This document shows, piece by piece, positions 8,018 to 18,228 of a stretch of DNA of 64,000 nt. The DNA lies in the NCBI GenBank assembly GCA_002412885.1, contig DHVX01000042.1, positions 9,092-73,091 of the forward strand, in the 5' to 3' direction. Every line of letters begins with the position of its first letter. The first letter of the stretch is position 1. This DNA comes from Bacteroidales bacterium UBA5197. GTDB lineage: Bacteria > Bacteroidota > Bacteroidia > Bacteroidales > Lentimicrobiaceae. A program made the position numbers and the translations under genes. A model generated the notes under the pieces. That model was not told where the DNA came from, ran no database searches, and saw only the letters and a list, made by a program, of their open reading frames with translations.

Positions 8018-11000
8018 CTACAATTTACGTTTGGTTTCAACAATTTCGTATCCTTCAATGATATCTTTAACTTTAATATCGTTGAAGTTGTCGATGTTTA
8101 GTCCGCATTCGTAACCTGACGAAACTTCCCTTACGTCATCCTTAAATCGTTTAAGTGATCCGAGAGTTCCGGTGTGTACCACAATTCCATCTCTGATTAC
8201 CCTGATTTTCGTGTTTCGGTGGATTTTTCCGTCCAGAACCATACAACCTGCAATTGTTCCGACTTTGGTAATGTTAAAGACTTCGCGTACTTCGATATTG
8301 CAGAGGATTTTCTCTTCGATATCCGGCGAAAGCATTCCTTCGATAGCCGCCTTAATTTCGTTGATGGCTGTGTAGATGATTGAATATACACGTACATCAA
8401 TTTGTTCCTGTTCGGCAAGCTTGCGCGAACTTGCAGTAGGTCTTACCTGGAATCCAACGATAATTGCATTGGATGCAGAGGCCAGAAGTACATCACTTTC
8501 AGTAATGGCACCAACCGACTTGTGAATAATATTCAACTGAACTTCAGGTGTTGAAAGTTTGAGCAATGAATCCGATAGTGCTTCTACCGAGCCGTCAACA
8601 TCCCCCTTAACAATAACGTTCAATTCCTTGAAGTCTCCGATAGCAATACGACGACCGATTTCGTCGAGTGTAATATGTTTCGTGGTTCTGATACCCTGTT
8701 CGCGCTGCAACTGCTGACGTTTGGCAACAATATTTTTGGCCTCACGTTCATCGGTCATCACTTTAAAAGTATCACCGGCCTGTGGAGCTGCACTCAATCC
8801 CAAAAGCAGAAGCGGCGTACTTGGTCCTGCACTCTTTATCGGGAGATTGCGTTCATTGTACATTGCTTTTACTTTACCAATGGTAGTTCCGGCAATTACA
8901 AGATCTCCTACATTAAGGGTTCCTGCCTGAACCAGAATTTTTGCAACATAACCTCTTCCTTTATCTAAGGATGACTCCAGAATGGTGCCGTTGGCTACTT
9001 TATTCGGGTTGGCTTTCAAATCGAGCATTTCGGCTTCGAGAAGTACTTTTTCAAGCAAAAGGTCAATATTTACACCCTTTTTGGCTGATATTTCCTGACT
9101 CTGATATTTTCCGCCCCAATCTTCAACCAAAATATTTCGTTTTGACAGTTCTTCTCTGATTTTCTCCGGATTGGCATTGTTTTTATCAATCTTATTGATC
9201 GCGAAAACAATAGGAACTCCCGCTGCCTGGGCGTGATTGATTGCCTCAACGGTTTGTGGCATCACGGTATCATCAGCAGCAATCACAATGATTACGATAT
9301 CGGTAATTTTAGCTCCCCTGGCACGCATAGCGGTAAAAGCTTCGTGACCCGGCGTATCGAGGAAGGTGATTTTCTTTCCGTTTTCGAGTTTAACTTCGTA
9401 AGCTCCGATATGCTGGGTAATTCCCCCGGCTTCACCGGCAATAACGTTGGCATCTCTGATGTAGTCAAGCAAGGAAGTCTTTCCGTGGTCAACGTGTCCC
9501 ATCACAGTTACAATCGGAGCACGGAACAATAAATCTTCCGGTTTATCCATATCTGCTTCATCAATGGCACTTTCAACATCTTCAACACCAACAAACTTAA
9601 CCGAGAATCCAAATTCATCAGCTACAACCACAATGGTTTCAGCATCGAGGCGTTGATTGATAGATACAAATAATCCAAGCGACATACAGGTAGAAATGAT
9701 CTGATTAACCTGAACATCCATCAGATTGGCCAATTCGTTGGCTGTGACAAACTCAGCAACCATGATCGATTTTTGTTCTCCCTCACGGCGCGCTGCATCT
9801 TCGGCCATATGCTGACTTGCAATACTTCTTTTCTCGCGACGGTGTTTCGAAGCTTTTGATTTTCCTCCGGCACTCAACCTTTGCAAAGTCTCTTTAATCT
9901 GCTTCTGGATATCCTCAGGAGTAAGCTCAACTTTAGGTGTATCAGGACGTGCGGGACCTCTTCTCTCGCGTGAAGGTGGCTTGCCTTTGCCCGGCGCATT
10001 TTGCTGACGGTTAGGGCCCTGACCTGTAGTTGTGGTTGGTTTGTCGGTCGCAGGTGGTGTGCCTTCTCCGGCCTTTTTAATACGTTTGCGTTTCTTTTTC
10101 TTCGATTTCAATGAATCGTCAGATGAGGAAGCAACCGGCTTTTTAGGCTCCGGCTTGCGTGCCTGCGGAAGTATCATGGTTCCAAGAATGGTTGGACCCT
10201 CGAGCTTCCTTACCTCGGTTTTCATGAAATTCGATTCCTTTTCAGCAGGAGCCGGTGTTTCTGGTTTTACTGCTACTGGTGTTTCTTCAGCTTTTTCAAC
10301 AACAGTAACCTTTGGTTCAGCCGGTGTTTCTTTTACTTCAGGTTCTGGAGCAGGAACTTCGGCTGCTGGCTTTTTCGTATGTTTTGCAGGCTCTGCTTTT
10401 GTATTTTCTGCAGCAGGAGCGGCTTTTTTCTTATGGTCTTTAACTTTTCTTGCTGTTTTTTTGAACTGAGCAAGATCAACAGTCCCCAATACCTTGATGT
10501 TGGCAGCTGTCAAAGGTGCTTCAACCTGAGGACCCTCAGGAGTTTTCTCCGGTGTTTCTTCTGCTTTCACTTCCTCAACAACCGCTGCCGCTTTGGGCTC
10601 TGTTTTTTCAGGTTCAGGCTCAGGTATGGGTGCAGGTTCAACAGCTTTGGGTTTTTCGGGCTCAGGAGTAATTATTTCTTCCTTCTCAGGAGCTTTCTCC
10701 GGAATAACTTCAGCAGCAGGAGCCTCAGCAGCAGGCTTTACAGGTGCTTCAGGTATGTGAACTTCTTCAGGAACAACCACTTTTTCCGGCTCGGACGGAG
10801 TTGTGATTTTTTCTTCAACAGGAGGTTCAGCTTTAACTTCAGGAGCTGGTTCTGCCTTTGGTTCTTCTTTTTTGGGTTCTGCAGCAGGTGTCGTTTTTGG
10901 TTTTGAAACGTTCGCTGCTTCCATTGGCATGTTGCGGACAAGAAGATCCTTGCCTGCATCAGTATCATGTTCTTCTTCAACCGGCTGACGTTTGTCAGTG

Positions 11001-11239
11001 ATTGAAATCGTTTTGTGCTGAGTGTATTCAAGTTCAATCTTTTGAGAAAACTCTTTGACAGTTTTCTCTGATTGGTACTCTTTCATCAGCAAGGAGTAAA
11101 CTTCAGGTGCAAGTTTAGTGTTCGGATTATTGTCGATTTTGATCCCCTTTTTATGAAGGAACTCGACAATGGTTGGGACTCCGACATTAAACTCCTGAGC
11201 TGCTTTCCCGAGTCGTGTGCTCTTACTTACTTCTGACAT
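8018..11239 (-). CDS. infB: Translation initiation factor IF-2
   Basis: [29 protein letters not shown]; long Pro/Glu/Ala/Lys-rich N-terminal region; likely start MSEVSKS at 11239. Confidence 0.98.
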   Translation of the reverse strand: MSEVSKSTRLGKAAQEFNVGVPTIVEFLHKKGIKIDNNPNTKLAPEVYSLLMKEYQSEKTVKEFSQKIELEYTQHKTISITDKRQPVEEEHDTDAGKDLLVRNMPMEAANVSKPKTTPAAEPKKEEPKAEPAPEVKAEPPVEEKITTPSEPEKVVVPEEVHIPEAPVKPAAEAPAAEVIPEKAPEKEEIITPEPEKPKAVEPAPIPEPEPEKTEPKAAAVVEEVKAEETPEKTPEGPQVEAPLTAANIKVLGTVDLAQFKKTARKVKDHKKKAAPAAENTKAEPAKHTKKPAAEVPAPEPEVKETPAEPKVTVVEKAEETPVAVKPETPAPAEKESNFMKTEVRKLEGPTILGTMILPQARKPEPKKPVASSSDDSLKSKKKKRKRIKKAGEGTPPATDKPTTTTGQGPNRQQNAPGKGKPPSRERRGPARPDTPKVELTPEDIQKQIKETLQRLSAGGKSKASKHRREKRSIASQHMAEDAARREGEQKSIMVAEFVTANELANLMDVQVNQIISTCMSLGLFVSINQRLDAETIVVVADEFGFSVKFVGVEDVESAIDEADMDKPEDLLFRAPIVTVMGHVDHGKTSLLDYIRDANVIAGEAGGITQHIGAYEVKLENGKKITFLDTPGHEAFTAMRARGAKITDIVIIVIAADDTVMPQTVEAINHAQAAGVPIVFAINKIDKNNANPEKIREELSKRNILVEDWGGKYQSQEISAKKGVNIDLLLEKVLLEAEMLDLKANPNKVANGTILESSLDKGRGYVAKILVQAGTLNVGDLVIAGTTIGKVKAMYNERNLPIKSAGPSTPLLLLGLSAAPQAGDTFKVMTDEREAKNIVAKRQQLQREQGIRTTKHITLDEIGRRIAIGDFKELNVIVKGDVDGSVEALSDSLLKLSTPEVQLNIIHKSVGAITESDVLLASASNAIIVGFQVRPTASSRKLAEQEQIDVRVYSIIYTAINEIKAAIEGMLSPDIEEKILCNIEVREVFNITKVGTIAGCMVLDGKIHRNTKIRVIRDGIVVHTGTLGSLKRFKDDVREVSSGYECGLNIDNFNDIKVKDIIEGYEIVETKRKL

Positions 11240-11363
11240 ATTGTTGTTTGATGTTATTATCCGTCTGCTGTCACGGATTTTCTGTAAAATTACGCTAATT
11301 ATGCTCTTCAAACCCTTTGAATTCCGGATTAATCCGAATGAGAACTGATTTTAAGAATCCGAT

Positions 11364-12599
11364 TTACTCGAATTCAGCCCGGATGATTCTTACTACCTCT
11401 TTAATTGTTTCTTCTTCGAGATCGGTGCGGGTTACAAGTTCTTCGATACTGAGATCAAGAACGCTTCTTGCTGTGTCGCAACCAATTGATTTGAATTCAT
11501 CGATAATCCACTGATCGATTTCATCGTTAAATTCCTGAATATCTACATCCTCGTTGTCGAAATCAGTATCACGATAAACATCAATTTCATATCCGGTGAG
11601 TTTGCTCGCAAGTTTGATATTGTATCCACCTTTTCCAATGGCCAATGAAACCTGATCGGGTTTCATAAAAACATCAGCCCGTTTATCGGCTTCATTTATG
11701 GTGATGGATGATATTTTTGCTGGACTCAGTGCCCTTGAAATATAGAGTGAAGGATTGCCTGTAAAGTTGATCACATCAATATTTTCATTGCGCAGTTCCC
11801 TCACAATTCCGTGAATACGTGAGCCTTTCATTCCAACACAGGCTCCAACAGGATCAATGCGGTCGTCGTAACTCTCTACAGCAATTTTGGCACGTTCGCC
11901 CGGAACCCTGACAATGTTTCGGATGGTGATAAGGCCATCATAAACTTCAGGAACTTCTGATTCAAACAAACGCTCAAGGAAAGATGGTGAAGTTCTTGAA
12001 AGTATGATGACCGGTGTGTTGTTGCGCATATCAACTTTTGAAACAACCGCTCTTAAGGTATCACCTTTGCGGTAAAAATCAGAAGGGATTTGCTCAGAAC
12101 GCGGAAGTGTCAGCTCAATATACTCATCATCGAGTACAAGAATTTCTTTCTTCCATACCTGATAAACTTCGCCGGTTATAATATCGCCAATTCTTTCTTT
12201 GTATTTCTTGTAGATGCTGTCTTTTTCGTATTCCTGAATTTTCGACATCAGGTTTTGCCTTATGGTAAGGATCTCCCTTCTGCCGAAGTCTTTCATTTTG
12301 ACCTCTTCAGTAACTTCTTCACCCACTTCAAAATCGGGCTCAATTTTAATTGCTTCGGAGTATTCAATCTGTTTGTTCTCATCTTCAACTTCACCGTCTT
12401 CCACAATTTCGCGGTTCCTCCAAATTTCAAGGTCACCTTTGTCGATGTTGACAATTACATTGAAATTTTCGTCGGATCCATATTTTTTGATGAGCATATG
12501 ACGGAAAACGTCTTCGATGATGCGCATCATGGTTTCGCGGTCGATGTTTTTAAACTCCTTAAATTCGGAGAAAGTTTCGACTAAATTGATATGTTCCAT
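11364..12599 (-). CDS. nusA: Transcription termination/antitermination factor NusA
   Basis: DPVGACVGMKGSRI, SLAIGKGGYNIKLA; position in the operon. Confidence 0.98.
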   Translation of the reverse strand: MEHINLVETFSEFKEFKNIDRETMMRIIEDVFRHMLIKKYGSDENFNVIVNIDKGDLEIWRNREIVEDGEVEDENKQIEYSEAIKIEPDFEVGEEVTEEVKMKDFGRREILTIRQNLMSKIQEYEKDSIYKKYKERIGDIITGEVYQVWKKEILVLDDEYIELTLPRSEQIPSDFYRKGDTLRAVVSKVDMRNNTPVIILSRTSPSFLERLFESEVPEVYDGLITIRNIVRVPGERAKIAVESYDDRIDPVGACVGMKGSRIHGIVRELRNENIDVINFTGNPSLYISRALSPAKISSITINEADKRADVFMKPDQVSLAIGKGGYNIKLASKLTGYEIDVYRDTDFDNEDVDIQEFNDEIDQWIIDEFKSIGCDTARSVLDLSIEELVTRTDLEEETIKEVVRIIRAEFE

Positions 12600-12636
12600 T
12601 GTTGTTGGTGTTCTTTGAATTGGGTGATTTATTAAG

Positions 12637-13086
12637 TTACTTGAAAGAGATGACCTCTTTTGTATGCTTTATCTGATTCATCAGGATTTCCCTGGTCTCT
12701 TCAGTTTCAACTTTTTTGACTTTCGTTTTGCTGTAAACAGTGATCTTTTCATTATCAGCTGCCAGCAGTTTACCGGTGAAAACGGTTCCATCCAGATACG
12801 TTACATCCACCTCGCGGCCGATGTTTTTGATATATTGCCTGAGCAATTTATAGGGCTGATCAATACCCGATGAAGAAACAGTGAGTTCGTAGTCCTCAAC
12901 TTCACGGTCAAATACTGACTCAATATGCCGGTTAACAGCTACACAATCAGCAATGGTGATTTGCGTATCGCTATCGAGCAACACAGTGATGCGGTTCCCT
13001 GCTTTTACTTTGACTTCCACAATAAATCTGTCGGTGTCAAGCAATGCAGTTTCAATTTCTCTGACTATTGATTCCTTGTCAATCAT
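12637..13086 (-). CDS. rimP: Ribosome maturation factor RimP
   Basis: DYELTVSSSGIDQP..QYIKNIGR; upstream of nusA; likely start MIDKE at 13086. Confidence 0.92.
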   Translation of the reverse strand: MIDKESIVREIETALLDTDRFIVEVKVKAGNRITVLLDSDTQITIADCVAVNRHIESVFDREVEDYELTVSSSGIDQPYKLLRQYIKNIGREVDVTYLDGTVFTGKLLAADNEKITVYSKTKVKKVETEETREILMNQIKHTKEVISFK

Positions 13087-13102
13087 TTTTTTTAAATGTA
13101 AT

Positions 13103-13128
13103 AAAAAAGGGGACACTACAGTCCCCTC
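13103..13128 (-). terminator. Terminator/attenuator hairpin in the rimP leader
   Basis: Minus strand GAGGGGAC-tgtagt-GTCCCCTTTTTT between tRNA-Gln and rimP. Confidence 0.7.
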
Positions 13129-13187
13129 AACTTAGCTTCACCATTGAGACGCGCGATAATCTGCAGCGGGGTGATTGTTTTTTACTG

Positions 13188-13258
13188 TTGTCCGACCAGG
13201 GCTCGAACCTAGACCGAGAGAACCAAAATCTCTTGTGCTACCATTACACCATCGGACA
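13188..13258 (-). tRNA. tRNA-Gln (anticodon UUG)
   Basis: Acceptor stem TGTCCGA/TCGGACA, anticodon arm AGAGA-tt(TTG)gt-TCTCT, T-loop GGTTCGAGCCC; CCA not encoded. Confidence 0.96.
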
Positions 13259-13279
13259 CTTTTCCCTTTTAAGGAGGTG

Positions 13280-13287
13280 CAAAAATA
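13280..13287 (-). promoter_or_regulatory. -7 promoter box for tRNA-Gln-rimP-nusA-infB
   Basis: Minus strand TATTTTTG(C), about 22 nt upstream of the tRNA 5' end. Confidence 0.65.
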
Positions 13288-13600
13288 GATATTTTTTTTC
13301 AACCAGAAAAATATTTTGCGCAATTATTGAAATTATTAGTACCTGAGCACGTTTCCACGGGTGGTTTGACATTTTAATCTTTAATTTTTGCTGGAAAGGA
13401 CGAGGTTTTCAAAGTGCTGCATATTAACAAATTTTATAAAATCGCACATTTTCACATTATCCGAAATTCATTATCTTCGCACCGCCAAGTCAGGCAGGTT
13501 TTGATGTTGTCAGAATCATTTTACAGGTGTGCCTTCTGCGTTGGCTGATTTCTTTATGCCGCTAAATTATTTTCCATTTTTTACATATAATTCGCTGAAG

Positions 13601-16600
13601 ATGAATTACAAAAAGCTCAACAACATTCTAGGCTGGTTTACATTTGCCTTAGCTTTGATTGTTTATACCCTCACCCTTGAACCCACAGCCGGTTGGTGGG
13701 ATTGCGGAGAGTATATAGCAACAGCATATAAATTACAGGTTGGCCATCCGCCGGGAGCGCCTTTATTTCAAATGGTTGGTCGGTTCTTCTCCCTTTTTGC
13801 TTTTGGAGATACAATGAAAGTTGCTATGATGATCAACTTTATGTCGGCCACGGTAAGTGCGCTTACCATTATGTTTTTGTTCTGGACAATTACCCGGCTG
13901 GCGATTAAAATGGTAAGAACAGAAAATGAAATGACTATGGGTCAGCAGGTAGTCGTTCTGGGCAGCGGACTTGTTGGTGCTCTTGCTTACACTTTCTCCG
14001 ATTCATTCTGGTTTTCGGCGGTTGAAGGTGAGGTTTACGCAATGTCATCTTTGTTTACAGCTATTGTTTTCTGGGCTATCCTTAAATGGGAGGAGGCAGC
14101 AGATCAGAGACATTCCATCCGATGGATCGTTTTGATTGCTTACCTTGTGGGATTGTCGATTGGGGTGCATTTGCTGAATTTACTTGCAATTCCTGCCATT
14201 GCCTACATTTATTATTTCAAAAAATACAAAGCCACTTCAAAAGGCATAATACTTACAGGCGCTATTTCAATTTTCCTCCTTTCCTTTATCATGTATATTG
14301 TGATTCCATGGATTGTTGATCTTGCAGCTAAGTTTGAACTGGTGTTTGTAAACAATTTCGGTTTGCCTTTCAATTCAGGAATCATTGTCTATTTTACGCT
14401 GATCATCACTGGATTGGTATTTGGATTACGATATACACAACGCAGAGGAAAACTTATTGCCAACACAGCGCTGCTTTCACTTGCTTTTATTCTGATAGGT
14501 TATTCATCGTTTATGATGCTGGTTATCAGAGCCAATACCAACACCCCCATCAACGAAAACAATCCTGATGATGCCATCAGCTTGCTTTCATACCTCAACC
14601 GTGAACAATACGGCACCTGGCCGTTGTTTAGCGGGCAATATTACAGTGCGCCGCTAGATCCTCAAAATCCATACAGCGACGGTTCCCCGATTTATATCAG
14701 GGATAAAAAGGTGGGCAAATACGTTATGACTGATCCCCGGAAGGGTGATATTCCGAATTTTGATCCGAAGTTTACAACGGTTCTGCCCCGCATGTACAGT
14801 GCTCAGGAAAACCATATAAGGGCATATAAAAGCTGGGGCAAGATAAAAGGAGTGCCCATTCAGGCAATCAACAACAGCGGAGAACCTGAAACTCTGATTA
14901 AACCAACTATGGGTGAGAATCTCCGGTTTATGTTCAGGTATCAGATCAGTCATATGTATTTCCGTTATTTTATGTGGAACTTTGCCGGAAGGCAGAACGA
15001 TACGCAGGGACACGGCGGAATTCAGAACGGAAACTGGATAAGCGGTATTAATTTTCTGGATGAATTGCGTTTGGGAAAACAAACCGATTTGCCTCAAAGC
15101 ATGCAAAGTCCGGCGCGTAATACCTATTATTTACTGCCACTTATTCTCGGGGTAGTCGGTATGCTGTTTCATTTCAGCAGAAATTACAAAGACGGACTGG
15201 TGGTTGCATTGCTCTTTTTTATGACAGGTCTTGCCATTGTAATTTACCTGAATCAGACACCATTTCAGCCCCGTGAGCGGGATTATGCCTACGCCGGCTC
15301 ATTCTATGCTTTTGCAATTTGGATAGGGTTGGGGGTAGTTTCGCTTTGGGATGCACTGACCAAAAAGCTCAAAGTAAATGATATGGTTGCTGCGTCATCA
15401 ATCACCGCCCTCTGTCTGATTCTTGTACCAGGCATTATGGCCGCTGAAAACTGGGACGATCATGACCGTTCAGATAAGTATGCTGCGCAACACTTTGCTC
15501 ACAATTACCTGAATTCATGTGCACCAAATGCAATTCTCATTACCAATGGCGACAACGACACTTTTCCGTTGTGGTACGCCCAGGAAGTGGAAGGTATAAG
15601 AACCGACATCCGCGTTGTGAATTATATGCTTTCGTCAGGTGATTGGTATGTACACCAGCTGGCAAGAAAGATTTATATTTCCGAACCTTTGAAGTTTACA
15701 TTAACTCCCGAACAGTACAACAAAGGAGTTAATGAATACATCCCTTTCTTTAGTCGTGGCGAAATAGCTGAACGGGTTGAATTAAAAGAACTTATCGACT
15801 TTATTGCCGATGAGACAGCCAGAAGTAAAGTAACTCTGCAATCTGGACGAAAAATTAATTTCTTCCCGACCAAAAGATTAAAACTCACAGTTGATTCAGC
15901 CAGTGCAGTTAAGAATGGAATTGTACCTGCTTACATGGCCGATCGTATTGTTCCTGTTATTGAATGGGATATTAAGTCCAATTATATCTACAAGAATGAC
16001 CTTATGCTGCTTGATTTCCTTGCATCGCAAAACTGGGACAGACCACTTTACTTTGCCAGTCCGAGCAGTGTAAGCAAGGTTTTTGATGTGGATAAGTATT
16101 GTCATCAGACGGGAATAGTGTATAAGTTTATTCCAGTGCTTGCTCAGGATTTTGCTCCCGGACTAGGAGGGGTTGATACCGAGGCTTCTTATAAAATCCT
16201 TATGGACGAAAATACCAAATGGGGAAATCTTAATAAGCCAGGTGTTCATGTTGATCCGGAAAGCTACAGGAACTCAATTATGCCTCGCCAAAGCTATCTG
16301 CGATTGGCAAAAGCGCTGCAACGCAAAGGTAAGAATGCCGAAGCCATAGCTGTTGCTGACAGATGTATTGCTGAGTTTCCAAACAACAAAATTACTTTTG
16401 ACTATTATATGCTGCCGATTGCAGAAGTCTATTATGACGCAGGAGCAACCGACAAAGGAAACGATTTTGTGAAAACCCTGGCCGGTGTTTACATCGACAA
16501 CCTCAACTATTACAATGCAGTTAGTCCTTCAATGGCATCATTCTATCAGGAAGATTCAATGCAGGCATATGCTGTACTTGCAAGAATCTGGGAATATGCT

Positions 16601-16684
16601 GAGAAGTATGGTCAAAAGGAAATGCTTGAGGATCTGAAAAGCCGCATGATGATTCCTGAAGATCTGAAGGATATATTTCAATAA
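13601..16684 (+). CDS. DUF2723 / TMEM260-like polytopic membrane protein (putative GT-C glycosyltransferase)
   Basis: WDCGEYIA..LQVGHPPGAPLF, WFSAVEGEVYA, QPRERDYAY, GDNDTFPLWY; many TM helices; helical C-terminus. Confidence 0.85.
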   Translation: MNYKKLNNILGWFTFALALIVYTLTLEPTAGWWDCGEYIATAYKLQVGHPPGAPLFQMVGRFFSLFAFGDTMKVAMMINFMSATVSALTIMFLFWTITRLAIKMVRTENEMTMGQQVVVLGSGLVGALAYTFSDSFWFSAVEGEVYAMSSLFTAIVFWAILKWEEAADQRHSIRWIVLIAYLVGLSIGVHLLNLLAIPAIAYIYYFKKYKATSKGIILTGAISIFLLSFIMYIVIPWIVDLAAKFELVFVNNFGLPFNSGIIVYFTLIITGLVFGLRYTQRRGKLIANTALLSLAFILIGYSSFMMLVIRANTNTPINENNPDDAISLLSYLNREQYGTWPLFSGQYYSAPLDPQNPYSDGSPIYIRDKKVGKYVMTDPRKGDIPNFDPKFTTVLPRMYSAQENHIRAYKSWGKIKGVPIQAINNSGEPETLIKPTMGENLRFMFRYQISHMYFRYFMWNFAGRQNDTQGHGGIQNGNWISGINFLDELRLGKQTDLPQSMQSPARNTYYLLPLILGVVGMLFHFSRNYKDGLVVALLFFMTGLAIVIYLNQTPFQPRERDYAYAGSFYAFAIWIGLGVVSLWDALTKKLKVNDMVAASSITALCLILVPGIMAAENWDDHDRSDKYAAQHFAHNYLNSCAPNAILITNGDNDTFPLWYAQEVEGIRTDIRVVNYMLSSGDWYVHQLARKIYISEPLKFTLTPEQYNKGVNEYIPFFSRGEIAERVELKELIDFIADETARSKVTLQSGRKINFFPTKRLKLTVDSASAVKNGIVPAYMADRIVPVIEWDIKSNYIYKNDLMLLDFLASQNWDRPLYFASPSSVSKVFDVDKYCHQTGIVYKFIPVLAQDFAPGLGGVDTEASYKILMDENTKWGNLNKPGVHVDPESYRNSIMPRQSYLRLAKALQRKGKNAEAIAVADRCIAEFPNNKITFDYYMLPIAEVYYDAGATDKGNDFVKTLAGVYIDNLNYYNAVSPSMASFYQEDSMQAYAVLARIWEYAEKYGQKEMLEDLKSRMMIPEDLKDIFQ

Positions 16685-16707
16685 GATTACTTAATACATT
16701 TCATGAA

Positions 16708-16737
16708 AGACCGGTTGTAACTCAGCCGGTTTTTTTT
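16708..16737 (+). terminator. Intrinsic terminator
   Basis: ACCGGTTG-taact-CAGCCGGT followed by a T-run. Confidence 0.75.
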
Positions 16738-16766
16738 ATTCGATAAACTGGATTTTTTTGTTGTCA

Positions 16767-17251
16767 TTCCTCCAGCTAAAGCTGGAAGGAACTCAGCAGG
16801 ATGGAATTCAGCAGGAGGGAATTCGTATGAGATATGTAATTTGAGCGTTGGTGTTGCACGCGTCAGGGGACGCGCGCGAGCAGCATTGGGAATAGAATAA
16901 AAGAAAATGCTATAAGAAAATCAACTGAATTGCCATGGATTTAGCCTGTGGAAATAAATGGTTATGGTTTTAAGGGGCTTTAGCCCAAAAAAATACATAA
17001 TGGTTGGGCTAAAGCCCGGAATGGTATTGAAGTTTTTTATTAACCTTCCTCCAGCTAAAGCAGGAGGGAATTCAGCAGGAGCGAATTTGTAAGAGATATG
17101 TAATTTGAGCGTTGGTGTTGCATGCGTCAGGGGACGCGCGCAAGCAGCATTGGGAATAAAAGAAAATGCTATAAGAAAATGATATGAATTGCCACACGGC
17201 TTTAGCCTGTGGCAAGAAAAGGGTGATGGATTGAAGGGGCTTTAGCCCAAA
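16767..17251. repeat. Mosaic tandem array of REP-like hairpins (two 200-280 bp direct repeats)
   Basis: 16767-16990 and 17046-17251 share modules CCTCCAGCTAAAGCNGGA, GCAYGCGTCAGGGGACGCGCGC, GAATTGCCA..TTTAGCCTGTGG and GGGGCTTTAGCCCAAA. Confidence 0.9.
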
Positions 17252-17375
17252 TTCTATAGCAGAGCTAACAGGACTTTCTGCAAACGGATGTGTCTCAAAA
17301 ACACGAAAGTGATCGTCCCCCTTTTTCGAAAGGGGGAAAAGAGGGGGATACAAAATGTGACTGATTATAAGGAAG

Positions 17376-18167
17376 TTACTTCTTTTTCCGCCTCACGTAA
17401 AAGAGCAGAAACACACCGGCAAGAATAAAGGGAATGCTCAATAGCTGTCCCATATTGAGTGCCATGGTTTGCTCGAAGGTAACCTGTGGTTCTTTTACAA
17501 ATTCTATGAGGAATCTTACGCCAAAGAGGATAATCATAAAAACGCCGAAGATTGTACCTTCTTTCATGATTTTGTAATTCTTGCGGTAATAAGCCAGCAA
17601 GCCAAAGAAAAGCAGAAGGTAGGTAAGTGCTTCGTATATCTGGGTTGGATGACGTGGTTCGGTCTCTCCATCCCGCAAGAAAATAAAGCCCCAGGGCAAG
17701 GAAGTAAAATGACCGTAAATTTCACTGTTCATAAGATTACCCATACGAATGAAAAATCCGCCAAGGGCAACCACTATCACAACCCGGTCAAGGGTCCATA
17801 AATATGATTTTCCGGATTTTCTTACAAACAGCCAAAGAGCCAGCAAAATGCCAATTGCAGCGCCATGACTGGCAAGTCCGCCCTCCCATATTTTCAGAAT
17901 ACTAAGGGGATCCTTCAGATAAGATGCGGGTTCATAAAAAAATACGTGTCCCAATCTCGCGCCGATTACTGTTCCAATCACCACAAATGTGGCCAGTTGA
18001 TCAAGCAGCCCAACGGGCAACCCTTCGCGTTTGAAAACCTGCTTTTCAAGGATTAAATATCCCAGATAGAAAGCCAGTGCAAAAAATAGTCCGTACCATC
18101 TGATCTGCAGACTGCCAAGGTCGAATATTATAGGGCTGATATCCCAGGTAATTTGATTTAGAATCAT
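17376..18167 (-). CDS. lgt: Prolipoprotein diacylglyceryl transferase
   Basis: IRWYG, GARLGHV, WEGGLASHG, RMGNLMNSEIYG, RHPTQIYE. Confidence 0.97.
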   Translation of the reverse strand: MILNQITWDISPIIFDLGSLQIRWYGLFFALAFYLGYLILEKQVFKREGLPVGLLDQLATFVVIGTVIGARLGHVFFYEPASYLKDPLSILKIWEGGLASHGAAIGILLALWLFVRKSGKSYLWTLDRVVIVVALGGFFIRMGNLMNSEIYGHFTSLPWGFIFLRDGETEPRHPTQIYEALTYLLLFFGLLAYYRKNYKIMKEGTIFGVFMIILFGVRFLIEFVKEPQVTFEQTMALNMGQLLSIPFILAGVFLLFYVRRKKK

Positions 18168-18228
18168 ATTTTTATGTTTGATTGCAAAGTTAGTGAAATT
18201 CGCAGGAGAAGGTTAGTTCTCCGTAGTA

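Noticed and set aside
10032..11037. Long antisense or alternate-frame ORFs rich in Phe/Ser/Lys
   Set aside because: Shadows of the low-complexity IF-2 N-terminal region.
13068..13346. Small ORFs overlapping the rimP leader
   Set aside because: Explained by the tRNA-Gln gene and its promoter.
16767..17251. Possible CRISPR array
   Set aside because: Only two long units; the sequences between hairpins are themselves repeated rather than unique spacers; no cas genes.
17072..17353. 93-aa minus-strand ORF
   Set aside because: Lies entirely within the palindromic repeat array; probably spurious.
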